Part shown: piece after piece, positions 38,669 to 50,579 of the stretch | Position numbering within the stretch: position 1 is the stretch's first letter | How the letters are laid out: every line of letters starts with the position of its first letter | DNA from: Stegostoma tigrinum | Lineage: Eukaryota | DNA: 64,000 nucleotides | NCBI RefSeq assembly: GCF_030684315.1 | Contig: NC_081355.1 | Span: 12,638,761 to 12,702,760 of the forward strand | Direction: 5' to 3' | Position numbers and translations under genes: made by a program | Notes under the pieces: generated by a model | Told to the model about the DNA's origin: nothing | What the model saw: the letters and a program-made list of their open reading frames with translations, nothing else | Databases searched by the model: none

Positions 38669-38698
38669 CTGAGGAAGGGTCACTGGACCCGAAACGTT
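38669..38698 (+). ncRNA. Minimal type I hammerhead ribozyme core (family B, intact)
   Basis: CTGAGGA-A-GGGTC-ACTG-GACCC-GAAA-CGTT: perfect 5-bp stem II with a 4-nt loop and palindromic AACGTT. Related copies at ~31141 (+), ~54960 (+), ~55398-55429 (-) and ~58965-58995 (-). Confidence 0.6.
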
Positions 38699-40487
38699 AA
38701 CTCTGTTTTTTCCTTCGCAGATGCTGCCAGACCTGCTGAGCTTTTCCAGCAATTTTTGTTCACATGATTTAACTGATTTTAAGTGGCTTAAAAGAGCTTT
38801 CCGTGAAAGGATGTAGCAAAATGGGTGTTGGACACACTTCTGCCCAATCATCCAGGGTTTTGTGCTGTGATCCCACAGACAGGTGTGAGCGTCTCTTGCT
38901 GGGACAATGTTTGCTGACCACCCATGATTGCCCTTGAGAAGGTGGTGAGCCACCACCTTGATCTACTGTTGTCTGTATGGTGTGGATCTACAGAGGACAC
39001 TCTGAGGAAGACAGTAAAGGCAGCAGAGGAATAACATTCTAAAAGGCCATGTCATGGATGTCCAACTGTTGGTTCAATCTGTCAATCAAAAAGGGTTGAG
39101 AAAAATGTAGGAGAATAGTTTAATACCTGTTAATATATTGTTTCTGCCTGAAACATATAAGTTGACTACAGTGTTGACTTACTTAGTGACCACACTTTTA
39201 AAATAGTCCATTGGTTGCAAAACACTTTGGGACTGCATGGAGAAATAATAAAGTTATTTAAATGAAAATTCTTAGTGATTTTTCTCGAGTGTTTACCACT
39301 AACCCTCGTTTCTAATGGATTTTTCTCTCTCATCCAATGGCTTCTTTTTCTGCTCCTGCACCCTTTGTACGGCCCAGGGATGGACTGTTAGCAATCTCCC
39401 GTTTTCAGCTACATTTGAGAGTGTCAGTTTCCATACACTGCCAGCTCTGTGTCACTACCACCTCTCTTGACATCTCCACCGTCTCTAAACTGCTCATCCA
39501 ACATCCAATACTGGATAAACAGAAACTTCTTTCAATTAAATACACAGCAAGACTGAAGCCATGTTTTCAGATCCCACTCCCTAGCCACTGAGTCTGTCAC
39601 TCGCCCTGGCAACATTTTGAGATTTAGCCAGTCTATGCCTTAACTTGATGCAAGTTCCCTTCCATTGTCACACCTGCTTTGCTGCCTTCCATTGGCTTCT
39701 GATCAAGTAACATATTTATATTAATATCTTCATTGCTGTTTGCAAATCTCTCAATGGTCTTCTTCACTGTCTCTCTAACTTCTTCCCAAGCTTCAGATAT
39801 TGCACCTTTCTAAAGGTGGCTTCTTATGCGTCCCATTAAAAACAAATTACTCAATTTAGTAGGTATGACTTCAGTGCCTCAGCTTTAATATCTGGAATAC
39901 ACTCCTTTAACCTGTCTGCCATCTGTCCATCAGGTGTCTTCCTTCCTGGTTCCCATGCAAATTCAGCTGCAGGTGCCACAGACCCCTAACAGAAACCCAA
40001 ACCTGCTTGACCATCATCTGTATTTAGATAGCACCTTTAGCATTGTAAAATGTCCCAAGGTGACGTGTGTGTGTGTGTTGGAGGGATTGATGATTGAGTC
40101 CGCCAGCCCAGAGCTGTGGTATTGATTAAGTGGACTTCATCTTAAAATCTTTCTAATTTTTCCCCCTTTATTATGTTATCATGGAAGGACTGTCATTCTG
40201 AACTTTTTATCTCTTTATTTTTCTACATTATTACTATGATTTTGTACTTTTGAAGGTCTGTAATGCTGGGCTTTTTATTTTCTAACTTTTTTCTGAAGAA
40301 TTTTTACTGAAGAATCTGTACTTGGGTACGTTTGTACTTAAGATGATGCCATAAGTGGTGATTTGTAAACTTTTCATGGTACTCCTGTGAGTACATGTGA
40401 CAATAAAGCTAATTCTATCAGACGATGTTTGCTGCCAACCCACGTGACATGATAGTGGGGCATGTGACCAAATGTTTGGTCAAAGAG

Positions 40488-40624
40488 AGAGAGAGGTCTG
40501 AAGGAGTATCCAGGGAGGAGGGGTTTTTAAAAGGGAAACCTCAAAAGCGTGGGGCCAGAGAGAGGTCTAAAGGAGTATCCAGGGAGGAGGGTTTTTAAAA
40601 GGGAAACCTCAAAAGCGTGGGGCC
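40488..40624 (+). repeat. Tandem duplication, 2 copies of ~68-69 bp
   Basis: AGAGAGAGGTCT(G/A)AAGGAGTATCCAGGGAGGAGGG(G)TTTTTAAAAGGGAAACCTCAAAAGCGTGGGGCC at 40488-40556 and 40557-40624. Confidence 0.9.
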
Positions 40625-40659
40625 TGAACAGCTGAAGACAGAATCACAAAGGTGTTATG

Positions 40660-41660
40660 GTGGTGGTGAGTGGGGTTCCACAGGGCTCTGTCCTTGGGCC
40701 TCTACTGTTTGTAATTTTTATTAATGACTTGGACGAGGGAATTGAAGGATGGGTCAGCAAGTTTGCAGACGACACAAAGGTCGGAGGTGTCGTTGACAGT
40801 GTAGAGGGCTGTTGTAGGCTGCAGCGGGACATTGACAGGATGCAGAGATGGGCTGAGAGGTGGCAGATGGAGTTCAACCTGGATAAATGCGAGGTGATGC
40901 ATTTTGGAAGGTCGAATTTGAAAGCTGAGTACAGGATTAAGGATAGGATTCTTGGCAGCGTGGAGGAACAGAGGGATCTTGGTGTGCAGATACATAGATC
41001 CCTTAAAATGGCCACCCAAGTGGACAGGGTTGTTAAGAAAGCATATGGTGTTTTGGCTTTCATTAACAGGGGGATTGAGTTTAAGAGTCGTGAGATCTTG
41101 TTGCAGCTCTATAAAACTTTGGTTAGACCGCACTTGGAATACTGCGTCCAGTTCTGGGCGCCCTATTATAGGAAAGATGTGGATGCTTTGGAGAGGGTTC
41201 AGAGGAGGTTTACCAGGATGCTGCCTGGACTGGAGGGCTTATCTTATGAAGAGAGGTTGACTGAGCTCGGTCTCTTTTCATTGGAGAAAAGGAGGAGGAG
41301 AGGGGACCTAATTGAGGTATACAAGATAATGAGAGGCATAGATAGAGTCGATAGCCAGAGACTATTTCCCAGGGCAGAAATGGCTAGCACGAGGGGTCAT
41401 AGTTTTAAGCTGGTTGGTGGAAAGTATAGAGGGGATGTCAGAGGCAGGTTCTTTACGCAGAGAGTTGTGAGAGCATGGAATGCGTTGCCAGCAGCAGTTG
41501 TGGAAGCAAGGTCATTGGGGTCATTTAAGAGACTGCTGGACATGCATATGGTCACAGAAATTTGAGGGTGCATCCATGAGGATCAATGGTCGGCACAACA
41601 TTGTGGGCTGAAGGGCCTGTTCTGTGCTGTACTGTTCTATGTTCTATGTTCTATGTTCTA
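40660..41660 (+). mobile_element. Young 5'-truncated CR1-like LINE with uninterrupted RT C-terminal ORF and (GTTCTAT)n tail
   Basis: ORF 40657-41565 (302 aa) has SGVPQGSVLGPLLF, KFADDTK and LERVQRRFTRM with no stops. It ends in GTTCTATGTTCTATGTTCTATGTTCTA. Confidence 0.92.
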
Positions 41661-42913
41661 AGAGTCCATTTGTCCCCTTATGACTGCACCATATCTCCAA
41701 ATGAGCATCACAGCTCAATGCCTTTTTCCCATAACCCTTGTACATTGAGAATACCTCAGGACTGGACTGCAAATAGTGGACCAAAGAAATTTGGGAAACA
41801 CGAGGATCTTGGAAGGTTGTGGATCTTCAGGCAGTTACAGGTCAATGGAGGGATGAAGCCATGGAGAGGATGAAAACTAGAATCAAGTTAGTGTCAACTC
41901 GGAATAGTGCTTACAGTGGAATTCAAATCCATGTCCCCTACACTGAACAATTAATCATTTTTATTCACAGTCAGGATGAATCTCATGAATAAAAATCACA
42001 TTTTGCTGTGTATTTTTTCCATTGCTTGTTAGAATTTGTCCATCTGAAGTAGTTGCAATGCAGTAACCAGAGAGACATCCCAGGGAAAGTGTGATATGTT
42101 GGAGTAATTGGAGATAGCGAGTGAGAGTTGGTCCTGAAGAACGCCCTGGAAGGGATCACAAGAGGAAGGGAAAGGCTGAGATGTTTGAAATTGGAAGAGC
42201 TGGGAACTTTTGCTACTATCATCAGATTCTGAAATGCACAGCACAGGTTGCACTGTATAACAGAGGTCTGTAATAGCTTGCATTTATACTGCCTCTTTTA
42301 CAACCACAGTGCATCACAAATTTCCATGCATGAATGAAATGTTTCTGTAAGTCTGATCACTTGCAGGAAACACAGCAAACTGTCTGTAGTCAGCAGTGAG
42401 CTAAGTGACCGAATGACATCAATTGTGTCAGTTTCACCTTGCTCAAACGATATGGATGACTGCAACATCAACTGACCAGGACAGTGGGGATTATCCCCTC
42501 CCAAGTGTGGCCTTTTATACCTACCCATACAACATGGGATATGGACCCATCACAGGCAAATGGGACTAGAATAATATTGGAAACCTGGTTGGCATGGATG
42601 AGTTGGACTGTTTTGTGCTGTACGTTTTGATGACTAATGATGTGGGGTCATGGGCTGGCATGTTGCAGTCACAACTGTGAGACAGCAATGGCTACTCCCC
42701 ATTGTTGGCAAAGATCTTCTATAGCACCCCTCACCCCGGTCCAATCCCACACTCCGTACTCTCACATCTGACTGAGGGATTGTGCATTGAGCCTGAAAGT
42801 GGGGTTACATTCAGGGGGATAATGTTCAAGAAGCACTCTTACAGAAGTTTCACGATTTACACTAAGGCAGTCAATAATTGACCATCTCGGAATACTGAAC
42901 AACAAAACTGATT

Positions 42914-42919
42914 TTTAAT
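42914..42919 (-). promoter_or_regulatory. Candidate BPHL polyadenylation signal ATTAAA
   Basis: ATTAAA on the - strand ~145 nt after the stop codon, followed by a T/G-rich stretch. Confidence 0.35.
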
Positions 42920-43064
42920 ATGTACTGATTTAAAGAGTGGTCTGTTCAATTACACAGATGATTAGCTCAAGAGTGCTCTGTGTGTTACACAGTGCACATT
43001 TGCTTTTCTTGGTAGTGTGTCAGTTTCAGAGCTATGACTGTCTGTTAACACACACTACAAACTG

Positions 43065-43155
43065 TCATGATATTAAAAACTCTTCCACAAGACTGTTAAA
43101 TTCCTCAGCAAACCGCAAATGCAAGTTGTGTTTGCCTTCTGCCATCAGGTGCAGT
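43065..43155 (-). CDS. BPHL: Biphenyl hydrolase-like/valacyclovir hydrolase, exon 7 (RLHLMAEGKHNLHLRFAEEFNSLVEEFLIS*)
   Basis: Acceptor CTACAG|A, catalytic His motif EGKHNLHL, stop TGA at 43067-43065. Confidence 0.93.
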
Positions 43156-44804
43156 CTGTAGACAAAGAAGAAAAGAAACACAAGTAAGATATGCTGGGTA
43201 TGAAAATAGGTCTTGTAAACTGCAGACTCTAAAAGACATTTATATAAAAGTCACACACCCAAATTCCTCATAAATAGCCCTTGTAGGTAGATCTCTACAG
43301 AATGTACAATAATTGGCATAAATGCTCCATATAACCTCTACTGAGTATAAAAGTCCTTTTCTCAATAACAGGACTGAGATTGTATTCATAAATAGTACAC
43401 TGTGTAAATGTATGTGACAACCAGTGGCTATGTTTCACTGTTCTACAAGTAATACTCAAAATCTCATATGTCAAGTTATTATTGAATCTGCAACCCCAGC
43501 TTCTCAGGCAATGTGTTCCATATCTTAGCAACTCAATTTAGAGAATAAAGTTGGAATATACCTGCTTTCTGTTGCTTATTAACCTCAATCTGTATCCATT
43601 AGTTAAGATCACATGACCAAAAGATAGAGGAGGAGAATTAGGCCATTTGTCCTGTTGAGTCTGCTCCACTATTCGATCATGGCTGATACATTTATCAAAC
43701 CTATTATCCTGTCTTCTCTTTATAACCTTTGATCCCCATACCAATCGGGAACCCATCTATCTTGATTGTTAAATATACTCAATGATTTAGCCTTTATAGC
43801 CTACTGTGGAAATGAGTTCCACAGTTTCACCATCCTCTGGCTGAAGAAATTCCTCCTTGTCTCAGTCCTAAAGGGTCATCCCCTTCACTCTGAGGCCTCA
43901 GGTCCTGGTCTCTCCTACTAGTGGAAATATCTCCTCCGTGCCCGCCCTATCCTCTCAGTATTCTGTAAGTTTCAATCAGATTCCCCCATCGTCCTTCTAA
44001 ACTCCATCGAGTACAGACCCAGAGTTGTTAAAATCGCACCTCATATGACTAGCCCTTCATCTCCAGGATCATTCTTGTAAACGTCCTGTGGATCTCCTCC
44101 AAGGCCAGCACATCCTTCCTTAGATACAAGGCCAAAAACCGCTCACAATGTTCCAAATGTGGTCTGACCAGACCCTTATACAGCCTCAGAAGTACATCTC
44201 TGCTCTTGTATTCTGGAGCTCTTCAAATGAATACCAACACTGTATTAACTTTCCTAACTGCCAACTGAACCCACACGTTAACTTTCAGGGAATCCTAAAC
44301 GACCCTCTTTTGTTGTATTTCCTCTATCAAAACCTCCACATGATCTTGCTTCTTATTGTTCATGGCAATACTGAATACCAAAAGTGGGAATTGCTGTAGG
44401 CTCGGCTTTTTACTTTTTAATCAATGTGATACAACTGGGAAGGGACAGGAATAGCAGTCAAAACCTTTGCCTGCCTTCAAACCATGGGACTAACAGTCAT
44501 TTTCTTGTGTGGATTATCATCTGTAATAGAACCATCAGATTTTCAATTCCTCTGCAAATAGAATGACTCCCATTTAAGTTTTAATGTCCGTGTGTGTGCT
44601 CTTGTTACAGAACAAACAGATGAACCCATTACTGGTTCCAAACGCAAAAAGAGCGAAAAGGTAAATATATCTGAACTCCATCCAACATTTGTCCCATGCA
44701 GAGTACAAACAGTGCATCTTTCCTGTTATTACACCACTCTGAGGATTTTCTATGAAGCATTCTTACTTCTAATTCGATTAACATTACACGAAACATTTCC
44801 TCAC

Positions 44805-44928
44805 CTGGAGCTCTTGATGTGCTTGTGCAGGTAGTCTGGGTGAGATCGTGGCACCATTGAGTCTTTCTCTCCATGAAGGATGAGTGTAGGGCTTTTGATT
44901 TGTGGAACAAGATCTTTACAAATGTTAC
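44805..44928 (-). CDS. BPHL: BPHL exon 6 (GNICKDLVPQIKSPTLILHGEKDSMVPRSHPDYLHKHIKSS)
   Basis: 124 nt, catalytic Asp motif HGEKD, acceptor CGTAG|GT, donor AG|GTGAGG. Confidence 0.93.
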
Positions 44929-47574
44929 CTACGGTTGGAACACATATGAACCAAGTGGACATGTGTTGGACGACAAGTCAAAATTTGTGAAAACAAAGTA
45001 CTCATGCTTTTTATGCTTACAGATTCCAGTATATTGAAAATGAATATCAAGTCTTTTTGTATTGTTTTACAGTGCCAGAATCTCAGGAAAGGACAGAGCA
45101 AGGCTATTTAGTGAAACTAACTCTCCATTGAGCAATTCACTTTGAACTTATTTTTCCCACATAGACCTACAAGTCTATTTTCTTAACTTCCCATTCAATT
45201 TCACTGCTTTAAATCAATCTCTTCCTCTATAAAAAAAAACTGAAAATGTTACAATGACTCATCAGGTCACTCAGGATCTGAACAAGAAAGATGTACTAGT
45301 CTGAATCTTATTCAAAATAACAACGAGCCAGTTATCGACATAGATGGAACCGTATGCTGTGAATTGTGAATCTTCACAACTCCTACGTTTGCTTCATGGA
45401 ATTGCAGAATTGCACAGATGAAGGCCACTCAGGCCATAGTGACTGCAAAAGGCTCTCCGAATCCATTTGCTCCATTCCCTTCCTCATGGAGCGGAAACAT
45501 ACTGATCAGGAAAGTCCTCTATTCGTCCTTCCCAAAAGGTTCCTGCCCTGTCCTTTGCCCTTTTGCTAACCCAGTCTATATGGGGATAACTGGAAAGCCC
45601 CATTATCACAATTTGAGTTCTTGCATCTTTTTATAACAACATCTGATCCTCAACCTCATATTTATTTTTAAGGTTAATTTGCAAATTAACTGACAATTAA
45701 ACTTGCCGCAATAATTATGATAATTATGCATATATTTTAATAACAATTATGAATGCATGGCCAATCAATTTTCCGGCCCAGAAAATGAGCAATTTAAAAC
45801 TGCAGGGTCTCATTCCTACAGGTGATAAACTGTTCTTAGCGATTTCAAAAATATCAAATATCAATTTATTACACTTTTCAAAAATCTACTTCAACTCTTG
45901 TCTGTCATTTTTCTCCCTTTTTCCCATATCTTTGCCTGGTTTGGCTTCAGGTCAAGGATTAATGTATTTGCGAGTGATTATACAGTTGTACTTAAAATCA
46001 GATTGGCTTATGTTGTAGAGCCTTTTCAATACATTTGCTCAAGTTCCTTCAGTTTATTCAGAGAACAGATAAGCTATAGAAAATAGGCAACGACATCTCC
46101 TGCTCCATACCTGGCCAGTGATGAATAGCACGGACAGATGATAGTTTGCTACAGTTAATGACAACATTCTGTTTACAAAGGGAGACCCTACCCTTTGGGG
46201 TTTCTCTCTTCAGGCTAATGATTAATCCTTGTGGAAAAGTGGGTGTCAATTGGAGAGAATTTGACTAACAGATTGTTCCCGTGTTGTAGTCACTCACTGT
46301 TAAGGCTTCCATTTTGACAAAGTAATGTCATCAAGCTGTAGCCCAGCAAGGATTTAACAGCATCCAGACCTGAGGATTATGGGACTTACATGGGGAAGAT
46401 AATAGGAACGGTGCCCCACAGAATGGCAGCCACTTCAGCACGGTGACTCTTGACCCTAGAACAGAATACTCGCCAAACAGACATTGGCAATGAGACAGAC
46501 ACAGTCAATTGACACCAATGTCATGGTGTGGCCTGAGACAAGGAATCAAATTGAAGCTAGGATCTAAGATTCTGCCACGACCAGGTAGAACGACAGATAG
46601 GTCATTTCATCGAATGCTTGCCCTTTGACACTATCAGAACATCACTTCACCAGTTGTCTCAGGATGAGATTTTGACCTGAAATATCTCCTTTCTGGAAAG
46701 CAATGAGAAAGATTGTTGGAAAAGAACATAATCATATGGGTTGGCATTGGGCAAGAACCCGCCACCACAGAAAATTTAAGGTCTGGCTGGCAAGGCCCTG
46801 ATTGATTTCTCCTGCTGTTGCTCCAATGAAGGACCTGAACCAGTCAATTATCGAACATTCAAGGGCCCCAACTACTTGAGTTCCAGGTGGGATAGGAAAG
46901 TGTAGGCCTCCCTGACTGGTTAGCCAGAGCGGGCAGGCAGTCCATGGTTTTTTGCAGGTTGGAAGCAGGAAGGAGGTCTCTCGCAATCTGTATTAATTTG
47001 TGCACCACCAAGGAACTGGACCTAGGGTAAAAATGTAGCTGCGGGGGGTTGATCACTGCCCTCCTATCCACCCACGACCCCCACCAATCCCAGAAACCCC
47101 ACCAGAATGACTGGTCCCTTTCCCAGCGCACATCCTTCAAATGGGAGGTCTCGGGGATAGTGGCCCTTGCCATGGCATGGATAAATTCCAGAAGCGCCAT
47201 CTTTGACGGACCAGCAACTTCAGGTAGGTGGGACTTCCTGCTTTAGATGCCCCATTCTGTCAGAAAGCCAGACGGCAGCCAATCAGCTACTGGATGGCAG
47301 GAAGATTCCTCGGGCTCTCTTCTGGAAACTCTCTGGCTTTCGGACTTAAATCCCTATATTTCCCACCATAGATACTGTCTGACCTGCTGAGCGTTTCCAG
47401 GGCTTTCTGTATTAATTTCAGGTTTCCAGCCACTGTAGTACTCTGTGTATTGTGGTTCAAAGTCTTTGTACTACCATAACTTTAATAGTAAAGTGTTGAG
47501 CTTTTACTTTGATATATCAATGGTTCCTGATCTTACGAATCCTACATTGGTTTCATTTCCCACACTGGTCTTAC

Positions 47575-47706
47575 CATTTGTTTCTTTCTCAATTTGAATG
47601 ATGCCATCTACCCAAGCAGCCCAGGTCTTTGCGAAATAGTCTGCCCCATACATCTCCACCATAGGCTTCCTCATGTTCTCACTCCACGTCGAGACATCTC
47701 GAACAG
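47575..47706 (-). CDS. BPHL: BPHL exon 5 (AVRDVSTWSENMRKPMVEMYGADYFAKTWAAWVDGIIQIEKETN)
   Basis: 132 nt, acceptor TTTCCAG|CT, donor G|GTAAGA. Matches human IRDVSKWSERTRKPLEALYGYDYFA. Confidence 0.93.
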
Positions 47707-48397
47707 CTGGAAACAAGCAGGACCACCGAAGATTAATGTGCTGGCTGCAGAGGTAACGACACAACCACAAAGTAAGAAATTCAAAGCAATTCTCCCAGTT
47801 TCCCCATTTGTAACCACATTGGAAAATCTGTGAAATCCCCAGAGAAATTTATAGTGGTAACAGCACCACAGGATCACGCGGCAACTGTGTCCTGCACCAG
47901 CTGTCCGAACGAACATCATGACTCAGTGGCAGTCTCCTGCCTTTACCCCACACTGTTGCATATTATTCAAATAGAAACAATTATCCATTTCTCTCTTGAA
48001 TGTATCAATTGAATCTGCCCCCTCCACACCTCCAGGCATTACATTCCAGACCTCCGCCACTCATTCTGAGAATTTGTTTTCTTCACATCACATTAAATTT
48101 ACGACCTCTCATTCTTGATCCTTTTACATGTGGGAACAGTTTCTCCCCATCTATTCTATCCAGCCTGATGAGTTTGAAACTTCTATCCAATCCCAGCTTA
48201 GCCATCTTCTCTCCAAAGAGTCAAGTCCCAATTTTTAAAAATAATGAAATACTAGTGTACTTATAAAGAGGTGCTGCTGGCACACTGCAGTTGATTAAGA
48301 GTGAGATTTGCTGTATTCTGTAAATAAATCACATTACTTTGGATGTAATTTGGATGCATATTTTAACATCTCCTCCAACTATCAAAAAGCTTAATAT

Positions 48398-48610
48398 CAT
48401 GAGATAACAAGGTGTAGAGCTAGATGAACAGAGCAGGTCAAGAGGCATCAGAGGAGCAGGAAAGCTGACGTTTCACGTCTGGAAGGGCCCGGACCCAAAA
48501 CGTAGGCTTTCCTGCTGCTCTGATGCAGCTTGGCCTGCTGTGTTCATCCAACTCTACGCCTTGTTATCTCAGATTCTCCAGCATCAGCAGTTCCTACTAG
48601 CTCTGAACTG
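48398..48610. mobile_element. Fold-back Penelope-like terminal-repeat element in BPHL intron 4
   Basis: Inverted arms around a degenerate hammerhead remnant. Flanking AGCTTAATAT at 48388-48397 and 48611-48620. Confidence 0.7.
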
Positions 48611-49304
48611 AGCTTAATATGGGTGGAGAATGTTTCTTGGAACTGAAATAAATCCTGCGGAAAATTAATGTTCAAACCTAATACTGAATATGTCCAGACA
48701 ATAAGGGACAAAAGTCAATACAATTACTGAGCTGAGGCAGTGGTATTTTATAAAAGTCTCACAATAGTAGCCCGAACATTATACGTTTATGATTGAGGGC
48801 TAAGTGTAGCTTTATGATGAAGAGCAGATGCGTGATACTATTGTGCACGACACTTACACAACATTTTTGAACTGACCTGGCTTCAACCTGGGAAGCTGTG
48901 TAAGTTTGGGGAACAGAGTGCTGAGGGAAAGCACGACTCTGATTTTATCCCTCAGTCCACTCAGTTCTCAGTCTGACCTGCATTGAGTACATGCTCAACA
49001 AAAAGGAAAAGGGTCAGACATAACAGGTCAGTTGAGGTTCAGTGGACAGCAGTCGCACCTCCGAGTCCCAATTCTCACGTCTGGGCTTGAACACAAAAGA
49101 AATCCAGGCTGACACTCCAGTACAACCCAGAGACAGAGCTGCATTGTCAGCGATACTAAACCAAAGCTTGGTCTGCCCTCTCACTTAGACCTTGTAAACT
49201 CTGTACCTCCCAAAGGTGTTATCCAGCTTGCTGAGTATTTCCAGCAATGTTTAGCTTTTATTTCAGTTATTCCAGAACCTCCACCAGTTTGCTGCTGCAC
49301 TTAC

Positions 49305-49459
49305 CATTGTAAATTTTTATGTCTCCCTGAGTTACAAAAGCATTCGCACCCCATACGACCAATTTGTGAATGAGGCCCGGATACTTTGAGGCAGCAATTA
49401 GCGCTGTTATTCCACCATCACTCCAACCCAGAAGGGAAAATTTCTTGGAAGTGCAATGC
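49305..49459 (-). CDS. BPHL: BPHL exon 4 with nucleophile motif GWSDGG; apparent +1 frameshift near its 5' end
   Basis: Acceptor TTGTCAG|GCA, donor G|GTAAGT. The exon is 155 nt where the flanking phases (0 and 1) require 154. It reads ALHF, then needs a 1-nt deletion to continue KKFSLLGWSDGGITALIAASKYPGLIHKLVVWGANA. Confidence 0.88.
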
Positions 49460-49669
49460 CTGACAAGAATGACAAAATTTATGAATCTTTGAGCCATTTT
49501 TCATGGCAATCTTGAAAATACAGTCATTTCAATATGGAATGAAGCCAGTCAGCCTGCTGAATCTCTGTCCTGCAATCCAGTCAGTCTCCTCCCTGCTGTC
49601 TACCCCAAGGCTTATGTAGGTTTATTCCCCATAAATGGCTCTCCAATTTCCTTTTGAAATCGTTGATCA

Positions 49670-50002
49670 TCTCATAGAATCACAGAAGCTCTACAGTGTG
49701 GGAGTAGGCCTTTTGGCCCATCGAGTCCACACTGACCTTCTGAAGTGCATCTCACCCAGATCCATCCCTTACCCTATCCCCTGCATTTGCCAACCTAGAC
49801 ACTATGGGCAATTTAGCATAGCCAATTCACCTAACCCACCCATCCTAGGGCTGTCTAAGGATACCAGAGCACCTGGAGGAAACCCACACAAACACGGGGA
49901 GAATGTGCAAACTCCACACAGACAGTACCCAAGAGTGGGACTGAACTCAGGTCCTAGGTGCTGCGAGGCACCTGTGCTAAACACTAAGCCACCATGCCAC
50001 CC
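49670..50002 (-). mobile_element. HE1/V-SINE-like SINE
   Basis: Reverse complement of the HE1 head, core and tail. Confidence 0.75.
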
Positions 50003-50579
50003 CTCCAACCTATGTTATCTCTTGCAACATAAGAAACTGGGTGTTGATATTGAAGAATCCAACAGACATTTATTGTAACTGACTATTATATACAAACATT
50101 TCATTCACAGGCACATCAGTGACTGGGATATCAACAAGTTAACAGGATACAACAGAGAAGCATGCTTATACTAGGTCCACTAGGCAAATGACATAGTCAT
50201 ATTATCACTGGACTGTTAATCCAGAGACCCATATAATGTCCTGTGGATCTTTGTTCGAATCCTGCCGATGCAGATGATGGAATTTGAATTTGATAAATGT
50301 CTGGAATTAAGAGTCTAATGATGACCATGAATCCATTGTTAATTGTCTGGAAAACCCATCTGGTTCACTAATGTCCTTTAGGGAAGAAAACTGCCATTGT
50401 TACCTGGTCTGGCCTACATATGACTCCAGACCCACAGCACTGTGTGTGACTGTAAACTGCCCTCTGGGCAATTAGGGATGGTCAATAAATACTGCCTAGC
50501 CAGTGACACCCTCATCCTGTGAATGAATAAAGAAGAAAAGAAATAAAGCTTCAAGTCATTAGAACTAAGATGGAGTACG

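Noticed and set aside
40488-40624. CRISPR-like interpretation of the direct repeats
   Set aside because: Two abutting copies with no spacer, in vertebrate DNA with no cas genes: a simple tandem duplication.
46730-47340. GC-richer block in BPHL intron 5 with short ORFs on both strands
   Set aside because: No recognisable protein motif, termini or second copy in the window, so it cannot be classified without a repeat library.
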